Position numbers and translations under genes: made by a program
Origin: Batkoa obscura
Lineage: Eukaryota
Assembly (NCBI GenBank): GCA_030770535.1
Contig: JASVEC010000013.1
Location: forward strand, 682,001-746,000
Length of the DNA stretch: 64,000 nt
Reading direction: 5' to 3'
Notes under the pieces: generated by a model
Told to the model about the DNA's origin: nothing
Databases searched by the model: none
Seen by the model: only the letters and a program-made list of their open reading frames with translations
Part shown: positions 36,595 to 47,883 of the stretch, one piece after another
How the letters are laid out: the number at the start of each line of letters is the position of its first letter
Numbering within the stretch: position 1 is the stretch's first letter

Positions 36595-36999
36595 TCGATC
36601 AATTAATTTCAAAATTTGAGATTTTTATTTGTGAACATAATAGAGTTAATAACTCAACTATCAATAATGGGAAAACAAATATAGTTTTTAAAAAGTATGA
36701 AAGAAACAAAGATGTAAAAAAAATAATAAAAATAAAAGGTATTAAAAAGTATTTACATTTTATTAAACGTGGTAAAAAACTACACTGCTATCCAGTATCT
36801 GATAGATCAAAAAAAAGCGATATAATTACAATTAAAGTTATAGAGTCTATAGAGAATAGAAAAATTAAAAGGTCAGTCCCAGCTTATCTTACAAAAATAA
36901 CTGAAAATTTAAAAGTTTCAATATTTAGTAAGCAAGTAAGTAGTTTATTAGATGATAGAAATCAATTATTAAATGTTGATATTACTTAAATTATTGATA

Positions 37000-37141
37000 G
37001 CTAAGTTAATAAATAGTCAAAGAGCAAGTAGTTATAATAATAAGTAAAAACTATTATTATACTGCTTGTGTTACATAGGGATGGTTAATTATAGTTTTGG
37101 GGCTAACCACTCCCTCCCATGCAGCTATTTATTAACTTAGC
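37000..37141. repeat. 17-bp perfect inverted repeat enclosing two internal hairpins
   Basis: GCTAAGTTAATAAATAG (37000-37016) / CTATTTATTAACTTAGC (37125-37141); inner stems at 37025-37068 and 37078-37114. Confidence 0.7.
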
Positions 37142-37705
37142 GATATATTAATAATGTAATTATAACATTAGAATTGTTTATTCATTTGATAGCAAATCTG
37201 CAGTGTTGAATATAAAACAGTTAATAATAAATATTTTTTAATAAAGTTATATAAAAGTATATATTTATTTACATATTACAACTTTAATTAATATCACTAT
37301 ACAGGCTATATTAGTAAAATCTTTGCTAATCCAGAAATTTATATTAAATTTAATAAAAATTCCGCTAATTAACAATATAAATTATAACAAAATAATTTAA
37401 AACTGTGTCGAGTACTTTTGGCTTTTAATAAAGAATTTATTTTTATAGAATTTTAAGCAAAGTTTTAAAATATAAATATTTAAAAATTGGATAAAAAAAT
37501 AAAACCAATTCGGACACCCTCATATAGTATTATTATATACTAGTTTTTGAATAAAATAGTCAGATTTTAATTATTTTCCTTTTTTGTTATGATTTATTAT
37601 TACTATTTTTTAAATTTTGATTAGTCTTATGCTTAGATTTTTAGCTATTTTATGATATTAAATAAAAGTATAAGTAATAAATTTACCAGCATTTTATTAT
37701 TTTAA

Positions 37706-37807
37706 TATAGCAATGTTTTTTTTGGTTTTATCACTTTTTCTATCTTTCCGCTCAAATAGCGCTTAAAAAATGGAAAAAGTGATGAAACCAAAAAAAACAT
37801 CCCCATA
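37706..37807 (+). mobile_element. Rearranged MITE-A copy whose left part is an inverted duplicate of the right end
   Basis: ATGTTTTTTTTGGTTTTATCACTTTTTC pairs with GAAAAAGTGATGAAACCAAAAAAAACAT. Confidence 0.8.
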
Positions 37808-39206
37808 TATTAAATCCAAAATAGTTGTAGTTGGGGATGTTTCAAATTTTTTTTAATCAAAAATCTAAATTAAATCCTCTAAAAAAGTCTAAAATTATCA
37901 TTTAGATTTAACGACTAGAAGTACTTTGAGACTAACCCTTAAGTTTATTATTAGATTTAATTAAAATATAAAATTTTTATTAAAAAATAGATCATTGTGT
38001 TTAGAAAGTGTATCAATATTTTTGAAAAAAAGGTACCTATTTATTGAATTTGCTCAACTAGCCTTTAAGTATGATTAAAATTAGATCAAGTTAACAAAGA
38101 TTGATATTGCGTTATAAAAAATAATTTTTTCATAATAACAACTTGATTATTTTGATTTCGATTCTAATTCTTATCAGTTTAAAACATTATTAAAAGGCAA
38201 CAACATTCAAGTAAGCCCTAGTTGTGAAAATAGGACTGTAACGAAGCAAAACATTAATAAAATCAGAGTGTTGATACCCAATATTTCTATTTATGTTATA
38301 TACGAATATCTTTTTTTGGTTTCAGTGAAAAGACGCCGCCATACCTAAATTATTAAATAACAAAGAAACAAAGTAAACTATTTAATTAGCATCTAATTTT
38401 CGGTATCTTCTTAGATTTCAAAATATTAAGTTTATATTAATTTTACTTATTATTAGAAATATTAATATTAATATTAATATTTATGATATTTTTCGATAGG
38501 ATAGTAAAATTAAATTCCAAAAAAACACAAATTAGAATGCTATATAAATGGCGTAATAATTATTTTAAAAATATCACCTTTACTTGGATTAATCGAAATA
38601 TGCTAGCAGCTCAATTTATTTATTTTTTGATTTGAATTCAAATTTATTTTATTTTATTTTCATATCTTCGAAGAGTAAAATCACCAAAGTGTTTTGTTTC
38701 TGAAGGTTTAATAGAAATGAGTAGATATATAAGATGGGGAAGGAGGCGATATAAAGCAAATAATATTGGTTAAGCTTGAGGTAAAAACTCTGATTCAGAT
38801 TTGTTTTTGATTGAATTTTTGATAAACATTGAAAAAAGATACTTTTATTCAAATCGATTTGAAATCCTAATTTACTTAAAATGGCTGTAACCGCTGGTAA
38901 AAAGCGATTTTTAAAACGTTATTTATAGCAATGGTGGTAAAAGCTCTTGTTTTAACATAGATCAGTATAGCAGCTCAAACTTGATTTTAGAATGATAGCT
39001 AGTAAAATCAAGGCTAAAATTATGTTAGTATTTTTTTTCATTGTTTCAAGGACTGATGCCTATATTAGGATATTGTAAAAATAAAAATTCCCATAGTGAT
39101 CAACATATCCTGCTTAATAAACTTATTTGAGTTTGATTTTACTTTATCTATGGACAACTTTTATAAAAATGATTAATCAAAAAATATTGAGTTTGATCAT
39201 ACTTTT

Positions 39207-39263
39207 AATTTAATTATATTTTTAGTTCAATTTAATTATATTTTTAGTTCAATTTAATTATAT
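39207..39263. repeat. 22-bp tandem repeat, about 2.5 copies
   Basis: AATTTAATTATATTTTTAGTTC twice plus a partial third unit. Confidence 0.85.
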
Positions 39264-39290
39264 AAAATTAGATTTTTAAATTCTTTAAAA

Positions 39291-39451
39291 TATAGCTGCT
39301 GCAACTCTGTTGTAACTTAATCGTTCATTTAAGGATAAATTTTTGCAAAAATCAGGGTAAAATTTTAATTAAGCTTAAAAAACCAAACAAACAAATAACT
39401 GACACTAAAAATTACCGTAAAATAATTCATAGTAAAACTGCAGTAACTGTA
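39291..39451 (+). mobile_element. MITE-B copy (degenerate)
   Basis: TATAGCTGCTGCAACTC...AACTGCAGTAACTGTA; same size and end motifs as 43391-43554. Confidence 0.6.
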
Positions 39452-39746
39452 ATAAACTTTCAGAAATAAATCACTTGAATAAAAATTCTTTTGCCCCCAC
39501 TAATAAAACATTTGGGAACTTCAATCCTCGAATACGTTAAAAAAGACATTTAAATACTTCACACCTCCAAGTTTCAAAAAACATTCATAGATAGTTCAGA
39601 ATTTATCATAATAAAGTAAAAAAAGCTATATTTAAAACAACTAACAATTATTGATATTTATTTCGCTTACATTTAGTATTATTGATTAAAAACATGTAAT
39701 GAGGCGCTTTGTATTATTTAGTAAAAAAAACATTGAGGGTAGTTAT

Positions 39747-40982
39747 TCACAAATATCTATCTAAAAAGAAATCTTCCTCAAGGAGAGCATCTGTAGTAAT
39801 TCTTTTAGAAGGATCTGGATTAAGCATTGATAAAACGATGTTTTTAGATAAATTGGAACTAGGCCAATCAATGTAACGTTTCATAAACATTTCTCTATCA
39901 CGAACATAATCTGTAAAGCTAGACTGAGTTAGACAAGCTAATGACCAAGGTAGTTTTAACGTTACCATTACAAGATATATTATACCAAGGCTCCAAGTAT
40001 CACATAATTTTGCGTCATAAACTTTAGATTGTAGAACTTCCGGAGCAATGTATTGATCGGTACCACATACATCTATACATAAAGCGGGTCCAGGGGCATT
40101 AAATAAGACTGCATTTCCAAAATCTATCACCTTAATCCCTCCATTTAGGTCTAAGCATATATTCTCGAGTTTTAAATCTCTATGAGCCACTCCATTTTCA
40201 TGGAGATAGTTAACCACACTTACCAACTGACGATAGTGATGGTTAAGTTGGCCTATAGAGGCTTTTCCTTCATATACAAGTCTAGCTAAGGTTAATGGAT
40301 AATAGTTCATTATTAAAGCGTAATCGTTTCCTATAACAGTGATATCTAAAGTCGAACTATGCTTTGTATCTTCAATCATTGAGCTTATTATTGCTTCTTT
40401 TACGAATTTTTGGTAATTGTCGGCCCCATCTTCACATATCATAGGAACCTTTTTAATTGCAAACTTTTTCTTGTCGTGAGTTCTTTGTACTAAATAAACT
40501 TTTCCAAATGAGCCATATCCCAATATGCTCTCTTTGGGTTCAAATTTCTCTGGATAATCCATTTTCGTTAACGATAGAACTTCTCTGACTTGATCAATAG
40601 ATAAACGATTAACTTGCTTTTCAATTGAAGGCTTTAAAACTGATTTGATGATCTTTTTAGTAAAGTTGAAAATACTAGTTGGTCTAAATTTAGGAGAAAA
40701 GGGTAACCTATGGCTATAAAATTCTGAAGAACTTGTGCCGGCTATGGATAAATCAGTGTCATTTGAGTTAGTGTTCACTGCAAAAAAGTTAGAATCCATA
40801 GATGAGCGAAGAGAAGATAATTTTGGAGAGTTATAATTTTCATCAACAGTTGCATAAAGTTCCTCTGCGATTGATCCTCTACGTCCTCTTGAAGCAAAAG
40901 CTTTAGAACACGGTGGCTTGCCACTAAGAACGGATTCACATAAAGAACTCCTTCTACGATTAATTTTTGAATCAGCTAGCAT
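39747..40982 (-). CDS. Ser/Thr protein kinase, probably HAL/NPR (CAMK-related fungal) group
   Basis: LGYGSFGKV, FAIKK, HRDLKLENI, IDFG, CGTDQYIAPE, DTWSLGII; Ser-rich N-terminus with RRxS sites; intronless 411 aa. Confidence 0.88.
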   Translation of the reverse strand: MLADSKINRRRSSLCESVLSGKPPCSKAFASRGRRGSIAEELYATVDENYNSPKLSSLRSSMDSNFFAVNTNSNDTDLSIAGTSSSEFYSHRLPFSPKFRPTSIFNFTKKIIKSVLKPSIEKQVNRLSIDQVREVLSLTKMDYPEKFEPKESILGYGSFGKVYLVQRTHDKKKFAIKKVPMICEDGADNYQKFVKEAIISSMIEDTKHSSTLDITVIGNDYALIMNYYPLTLARLVYEGKASIGQLNHHYRQLVSVVNYLHENGVAHRDLKLENICLDLNGGIKVIDFGNAVLFNAPGPALCIDVCGTDQYIAPEVLQSKVYDAKLCDTWSLGIIYLVMVTLKLPWSLACLTQSSFTDYVRDREMFMKRYIDWPSSNLSKNIVLSMLNPDPSKRITTDALLEEDFFLDRYL

Positions 40983-42455
40983 TTAAATAATTTTTTTGTT
41001 ACGGAATTAGTGACAGTATTTATAATATATTTTGCATGGTATCAAACATACTTTATATAAAAATAAATAAGATGGAACGGATAGTTCTAAAACCAACATA
41101 AATTGATTTAATACTTACTTGGACTTCTTTTGATATCAAAGTTTACCTAATATGGTTTACTTGCTCCTTTTGGATTTTTAACGCCCAGACTTTTAGTTAA
41201 TCGAAATGGAGCTTAATTTGATTAAAATTAATATCAGGAAAACTAAGGGTTAATAATAAAAATGAGTTGGTCTTAAACAGTAGAATTTTACAAAACAGTT
41301 TGAAAAGTCAAAAACTATTCTGTCTTAGCTATCTGTCTCAGATGAAAGGCTTTCGGAAAAAAAGGTTTTTGGTCGACTCAAAGGTTTAAAAGAAAACATT
41401 TGAATATTATAAAATAATCTTTATATTATAAACCCTAAAAATTTAACTTATATAACATTTTTTGGGTTTTGGTTCTTTTTTGGCGCTCTAAAGCAATTCT
41501 TAGTTCCTTTATTGGGTTATTACCATTGATTTGTGCTAAAATGAGGGGTATCTAGTTTTAAACTTTGTAGCATCTAAATCTTGCTTTCTTTCATAGCTCC
41601 TTTATCTCTTAATAGGTTTGCTTACCTCAATGCAATTTTGTATTCCAAAAAATACTGCTGTTGCAACTATTTGATGCTTTTGCTAGCGATAGTTTGTATA
41701 ATCAAATTATTTATAGACCCAATTTTTAAAGCCTATTCCTTATATTTGCGCAATTTTGGCATAATTTTATTCTTAAATAAACGGTTAATTAGGCATAAAA
41801 GAATTGGAACAGTTGTAGTAGCCAAAATGTATGTTAAAGTGGGTTTAAATTTTCAACTGTGGTGTGTAAATCCCTAATACATTTTTTTTACAAAATACAG
41901 ATTAAACATTAAAAATTACTAAATTCATCTAGAGTTGCTTTTGCATGTTAATCAAATGAAAATATTATCATAATTACTACTACATTACATTTGTTATTAT
42001 TATTATTAAATGTCACAACTTCGCTATTTTATATTCATTGTTTAAAAATAGTATAATTTGCTATATTTATTAATAAGTTGATATTTAGAAGACAAAATTT
42101 ATTAAGCATTTATACTTAATTTTGTATTTTAGCTGAAATTTAACTGTATTTTTTAGATTAAATACTATAAACCAACGTTTAATGAAAAAAATAATAAATT
42201 AAAATTTGAAAATGCCTTTTTTTTTGTCTTTCATTTACCTATTATCTATTTTACACTTTTAATATAAGGTCATCTTATATGTTCAGTTAAATTTTTGGGC
42301 AAATCCAATACAGTAAGGGTGCAGAAATGCAACAACAAAAAGTTTTCTACAATAAAATATATTTGTTTTTATGAATTAAATGTTTAACCATATAACTAGT
42401 TTCTTTGATTTTAGTAAAAAATAGCTAGATGTATAGAATTACTTTATACTTAATA

Positions 42456-42480
42456 TATGGGGATGTATTTTTTTGTTTAA
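42456..42480 (+). mobile_element. MITE-A left-end fragment
   Basis: TATGGGGATGTATTTTTTTGTTTAA only. Confidence 0.75.
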
Positions 42481-42666
42481 AAACATGATGTTTTATTATA
42501 TGATTAAAGCTTAAATTTCATTTATTTTTTTTAATAATATTAAATAGTGTTTTGATATAAGTATTTGTTTTTTTATTTATGCTTTATTAAATAACTTTTT
42601 TTATATTTTTTATATTTTTTTGATAAGTTACTATAAACTTTTTCTTAAACTTTCAGCTTTTTATAA

Positions 42667-42771
42667 TAAGGGGGTGTTTTTTTTGGTTTCATTATTTTTT
42701 CCATTTTTTAAGCACTATTTGAGTGTAAAGATTGTTAGTAAAATCCTTAAACAAAAAAATACATCCCCATA
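42667..42771 (-). mobile_element. MITE-A copy
   Basis: TAAGGGGGTGTTTT...GTTAGTA...ATACATCCCCATA. Confidence 0.9.
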
Positions 42772-43181
42772 ATATAAAGCAATTAAGCTTTAAATACCGA
42801 ACTTTGTAAAATATATAAAATCCTGGTAATTTAATAATTAATAAAATGTTATTATTATAAATTATTTAACAAAAAGCTTATAATGAAAAAACAATAATAA
42901 TAAAAAATAAAAAATAAAAAAATAAAAAAATTTATAAACTCAAGTTTAATTATTTTTATTTATATGGAAAAATTAAAAAAGCAAATTACTGTTTATAAAA
43001 TGATAAAAGAACTAAGTATATATTATAATTTTTTAATAATAATATAAAGTTAAAAAAATAATAAATATATAATTAGTTTTATTTATTATTATATTTACTT
43101 TTTTGCTATTAAAAATATTAATTACTTTTATTAAAAAAATAGTACTGATAAAGTATAAAATCTGGTTAATAATACTTTATA

Positions 43182-43282
43182 TATAGGGATATTTTTTTGA
43201 CTTCACTTTTTCCATCTTTTAAGCATTATTTGAGCGGAAAGATTGTTAGTAAAATTGTTAAGCAAAAAAATCCATCCTCATA
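43182..43282 (-). mobile_element. MITE-A copy
   Basis: TATAGGGATATTTT...GTTAGTA...CCATCCTCATA. Confidence 0.85.
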
Positions 43283-43390
43283 TTTTTTTGAAGAATTTTA
43301 TTAGTTACCTAGTCTTTATTGGATAAAAAATGGACAAAAAAATAAATCTCCATCTATCTCCCATTGTTTTTGCTTTAACGAAACTCTACT

Positions 43391-43554
43391 TACAGCTATT
43401 GCAGCTCTTTTGCAATTTATACACCTGCTTATTTAAGAAAATTATGCTAAATTAGCAAAATTATAAGCATCAACCTTTAAGAAAATTGGCTATACGAATT
43501 TTTTATTATAATAATCATTACTAAAAAAGCCGCAAAGCAGTAACAACAGCTGTA
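43391..43554 (+). mobile_element. MITE-B copy
   Basis: TA|CAGCTATTGCAGC...AACAACAGCTG|TA; aligns with the reverse complement of 31474-31638. Confidence 0.72.
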
Positions 43555-44096
43555 CTTTTATTACTTAACATTTAAAAGCTATAGACATACATTGTTTACC
43601 CCTATAATTGCATAGGTTTTAAATAAAACCTTTTATTATTTAAACTTTAAATCTTTTATCTTGGTCACCATATACATATACTATTTTTCTGATAGAAGGC
43701 ATTAATAAACTAGAATAAAATATGCCTCAACTTTATATGGTAGACTCATATTAGAAGAGCGGTGGGCTAGTTTTATATCCTTACCACCAGATACTATATT
43801 CAAATCGTCTTTTTGGGGATTTGGAATCCTTATTTTTGAAATAAATTCACTGTTTATATTAAAAGCATAGGTACGTATAAAAAGTCTCCGTTTAAGCTTT
43901 TTTCAATGATATGTACCAAGTCATATAGTGGATACAGTTATGGTTCCAATCTCTTATAAATTTTTACAAAGCATTTGAGCCATTAGTGTATCCGCTGTAA
44001 GTGCTTATAAAATGTAATCTAAAAAATTGATGGTATTTTTTAAAGACATAGAACTAATAGCATTTAAGTTTACTTAAATAGAAATTAAAAATAACA

Positions 44097-44197
44097 TTTG
44101 GGGATGTATTTTTTTAAGAATTTTACTAACAATTTTTCCGCTCAAATAACGCTTAAAAAATGGAAAAAATAATGAAACCAAAAAAAACATCCTCATT
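44097..44197 (+). mobile_element. MITE-A copy
   Basis: TGGGGATGTATTTT...TACTAAC...ACATCCTCA, flanked by TT on both sides instead of TA. Confidence 0.88.
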
Positions 44198-44389
44198 TTG
44201 TTTATAAGCATTTATTGAGGAGAGTGAAAACTTTAAAATATTTGAGGGTTACCATAGAGAGGAGTTAGCTCACAAAGGCTTTTAGAGTTTTGAATTTACT
44301 TTTTTGTATAAATGACTAAATAATAACAATATGATGTTATTTTTATAAAACATTTAAAAAAAGCTATATAGCTTTTAAAATAAATATAA

Positions 44390-44490
44390 TATGGTGGTTT
44401 TTTTTTGGCTTCATTACTTCCATCTTTTAAGCACTAGTTGAGCGGAAAGATTGTTAGTAAAATTGTTAAACAAAAAAATACATCCTCATA
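44390..44490 (-). mobile_element. MITE-A copy
   Basis: TATGGTGGTTTT...GTTAGTA...ATACATCCTCATA. Confidence 0.86.
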
Positions 44491-44935
44491 TGATGCTTTG
44501 AAACTATACTAGGCTTAAAACTCTCAGTGTTGATTTACAGCTGTTAAAATTCCAATGTACAATTTTTTACCAAGTTAAATTGAAACATAAATCGGGAATT
44601 TGTATTTGTATTCGATAACTTTTTATACCAACTTTTCGAGGTCTATATTGAGAAAACACAGAATGAAAATGCCCAACTTATGTTTAAATTAAATCTAGTA
44701 GACATTTTATATTCAAATTTTAATAGCTGTATTAAAAAGGTTCCTAAATAAGACTGTACTTTGATCTAAATTAAGACTTTAAGTTTGGTGAATAAATGCC
44801 TACTTTTAGACTGGAATCTTAGCATTTTACACCTTTTAATTAAACTTTATCAGAATAAAAAATCATATTTAAACCAATCCTTTAGTACTTTTCTCTTTAA
44901 AATTATTTTAACTAATCTACTTAATTTACCAAGCA

Positions 44936-45733
44936 ATGTTTCCAAGCGCTAATTGTTTATTTTACAGCTACTCGAGCCCGTCAATTTTAAGTAATTATGA
45001 GACGTTTAACACTTCACGATCAACAAGGAAGGAAGCATCGTATTATAAATATCAAACAAAATTAAGCCAAAGGAACTTATTTGAAGGTTTAAAAATAAAA
45101 ACAATTAACGGAGAAGAAGTAATGATGAATGAATTATGGAAAGGACAAACAGTGATCGTCAAAGTATTATCAAGATTAGGTTGCTGTTTATGTAAACAAG
45201 AAGCTAAAATGATGTCAGATATGCAACCTTTTTTTGAAGAGCATGATGTACGTATGATAGCTATAGCATTTGAAGATGTGGATTTACACTCTTTTTTATC
45301 TTTAGGATATTGGCGGTGGGATATTTATTTAGATCCAGAAAAAATAGTTTACAAAGCTGCTGGATTAAAAAAAGTTTCAAGGTTACATCAATTATCTTGT
45401 TTGTTATCCAAACATTTTATGAAATTGTTATTAAATTTAAAGCTAAAAGGGATCTCTAATAATCTTACAGGGGATTTACGTCAGCTTGGTGCTACTTTTG
45501 TTATTGATCCAGATGGTAAATTGATATATGATTTTCGACCAAAAAAAATGGCACATTTCCCTAGCTTAAGAGAAATCTATGCTTTAATTGGAGGGGATCC
45601 TAATGAGTTGAATGAAGATAATGATGGTATTGGTCAAGAATACATCTATACAAGAGAGAGATTGGAGTCAACTTCTAGCACCCGATCTATTTCCATGTTT
45701 TCTTCAAGATCCTCAAATATAAGTAGTGTTTGA
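44936..45733 (+). CDS. AhpC/TSA-type redoxin, paralogue 6, CCLC motif
   Basis: KVLSRLGCCLCK, IYLDPEK, GDLRQLGATFVIDP; intronless 265 aa. Confidence 0.88.
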   Translation: MFPSANCLFYSYSSPSILSNYETFNTSRSTRKEASYYKYQTKLSQRNLFEGLKIKTINGEEVMMNELWKGQTVIVKVLSRLGCCLCKQEAKMMSDMQPFFEEHDVRMIAIAFEDVDLHSFLSLGYWRWDIYLDPEKIVYKAAGLKKVSRLHQLSCLLSKHFMKLLLNLKLKGISNNLTGDLRQLGATFVIDPDGKLIYDFRPKKMAHFPSLREIYALIGGDPNELNEDNDGIGQEYIYTRERLESTSSTRSISMFSSRSSNISSV

Positions 45734-46302
45734 TTTCTTTATAAATGTATATTAAAATTAGTTAATTTTCTATTTGGCTTGATTTTTGTGATTTGATTCA
45801 ATTTGAAAATATTTAAATTATGTTTAGTTACCTCATCAACTGATATTAGTTCTAATCTTTGAATTGTGTAAAGTTTTTGTTTAAAAAAACAAAACTTATT
45901 GGCTACAATATCTAATTTTTTTAATGTTTAAAAACAAAGTTTACTTAAAATAGAAATTTATCAATATTGCAGTTCTATATACTCTTTAGCAATCCTCCAT
46001 CAAAAAAAACAAAGTCATTTATGAATATCCATTCTATCACAACAATCGAAAGGCGGCAAATTCATTAAAGGGAATTAATGCAAGTTAATTAAAATAGTTA
46101 TAAAAAAAAACTAATAATTCAAAACAAGTTAAATAGAATGTCAATTATTACTAAATTTAGTTGAATTTCAATTTGTTAAACCAATGCTATCAATATAAAC
46201 CCGTCAATGATTAAAGGGCAAACTAAAGGACAATTGTCATTGGTATTAGTGGAGATTGTATAAATACATCATACAAAATGAACATTCATTAAAAAACTAA
46301 AA

Positions 46303-47883
46303 ATGTCAAACGAACTTCGATTAGAAAGTAATATTGAAACTCAGCCATCAGTTGCTGGTAGTACTACCGATTTAGAAATCAAAAAGCCAACGATGGAGTT
46401 AAATAAGTTTCGACTTATAGTTATTCTATTTGCGTTGTTTCTTATCATTGCATCCGCAGCTTTTGATCAAACCTTAATTATCACATTACTTATACCAATA
46501 GCATCCGAATTTAATGAACTTTCAAAGTTAAGTGTATTTAGCATTGCTTATTTATCAGCTGCTTTTATTATTGAAAAACAAACGATTAGGTTATGTTTTA
46601 AATATAGTCCTAAAATCACCATTTTATGTTCACTTGTAGTCTTTTTAATTGGTCTTATCATAGCTGGACTATCAGTTAACCTTACTATGTTGATTGTTGC
46701 CAGAGTCATTATAGGATTTGGTGCAGGGGGATTATTAATTATATGTATTTTAATAATTAGAGAAATCGTATCAAAAGATAAGCTTAAGATTTATATCAAA
46801 ATAGCTGTTGGGATATTTACGCTTGTTTCTATATTGGGGTCTTTTTTAAATAATATTTTCCTAGAAGATTTGACTTGGAGATGGTGTTTTTATATAATCA
46901 TTCCACTTATTAGTGTAGCGTTCATTATCCTTGCCTTCCTTTTACCAAACGAATTTAAAATTGATTCAGATATTAAGGTCTCAGAATTTGATTATTTGGG
47001 AACAGTAACTCTCTTTTCGTTTATAATATTGTTAGCTTTGTCTTTAAACTGGGCTAATCAAGTCTATCCTTGGAATTCAATTGCTGTTATTTTAACTTTA
47101 ATATTAAGTATCTTATTACTTTTTGGTTTTGTTTTTACACAATTGAAACTATCAAAAGACCCAATATTAAAATCCCCCTTTTTATCACAAAATGGTATCC
47201 TCTGTTGCGCAATTGTCTTTTTTAGTGGAGCGGTATTTTTTGTATCGATCATTTATTTTTTATATTATTATCAAGTACTTCAATCTACTTCTTCACAAGG
47301 TTCAGTTGTTGGTGTAGTACCTATGGTTGCTGGTATTATAGTAGCTTTCTTTATTATTGACCCAATTACAAAGAAAACCAATGTAAATCGACCAATTTTA
47401 ACATTAAGTACTTTGGTTGGTATTTTGGGTGCTATTTTATTAAGTTATTTTATGAGTCTTGGAGTTACTAAAGTTAAATTGTTTTCCTCATTAGCATTAG
47501 TAGGTTTAAGTATTGGCGGTAATTTAAAGATGAGTAATGTCATATCTCAGATGGGACTAAATGAAATCGAATCTCAAGGAGTTGGTTCAATGATTCGATT
47601 CTTTTTTCATTTTGGTGGAATTATTGGGGTGATTATTTCAGGTGCTATTTATCAAAATGTCTTACTTAGATTATTGTCAAAATATTCTTCAGAAATAGAC
47701 ATCAATGCTTTGATGAATAATACTTCTTATATTTCTACTTTAAGCCCTGAATTAGAAAACATTATTAGAAGCTATCATACAGATGCTTTTAAAGCCGTTC
47801 TCTATACTTTTATTGTATTTTTCTCAATTGGAGCTATTCTGTCTCTTTTTCTTAAACGCGTTGGATCGGTAAATAAGGGTTGA
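46303..47883 (+). CDS. MFS drug transporter, DHA2 (14-TM) type, divergent
   Basis: AFDQTLI..LLIPIASEF, LIVARVIIGFGAGG, TWRWCFYI..P, FDYLG; 526 aa with many TM segments; intronless. Confidence 0.85.
   Translation: MSNELRLESNIETQPSVAGSTTDLEIKKPTMELNKFRLIVILFALFLIIASAAFDQTLIITLLIPIASEFNELSKLSVFSIAYLSAAFIIEKQTIRLCFKYSPKITILCSLVVFLIGLIIAGLSVNLTMLIVARVIIGFGAGGLLIICILIIREIVSKDKLKIYIKIAVGIFTLVSILGSFLNNIFLEDLTWRWCFYIIIPLISVAFIILAFLLPNEFKIDSDIKVSEFDYLGTVTLFSFIILLALSLNWANQVYPWNSIAVILTLILSILLLFGFVFTQLKLSKDPILKSPFLSQNGILCCAIVFFSGAVFFVSIIYFLYYYQVLQSTSSQGSVVGVVPMVAGIIVAFFIIDPITKKTNVNRPILTLSTLVGILGAILLSYFMSLGVTKVKLFSSLALVGLSIGGNLKMSNVISQMGLNEIESQGVGSMIRFFFHFGGIIGVIISGAIYQNVLLRLLSKYSSEIDINALMNNTSYISTLSPELENIIRSYHTDAFKAVLYTFIVFFSIGAILSLFLKRVGSVNKG

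Noticed and set aside
36600..37500. Possible transposase between MITE-A copies
   Set aside because: No ORF or recognisable DDE motif; no autonomous element was seen anywhere in the window.
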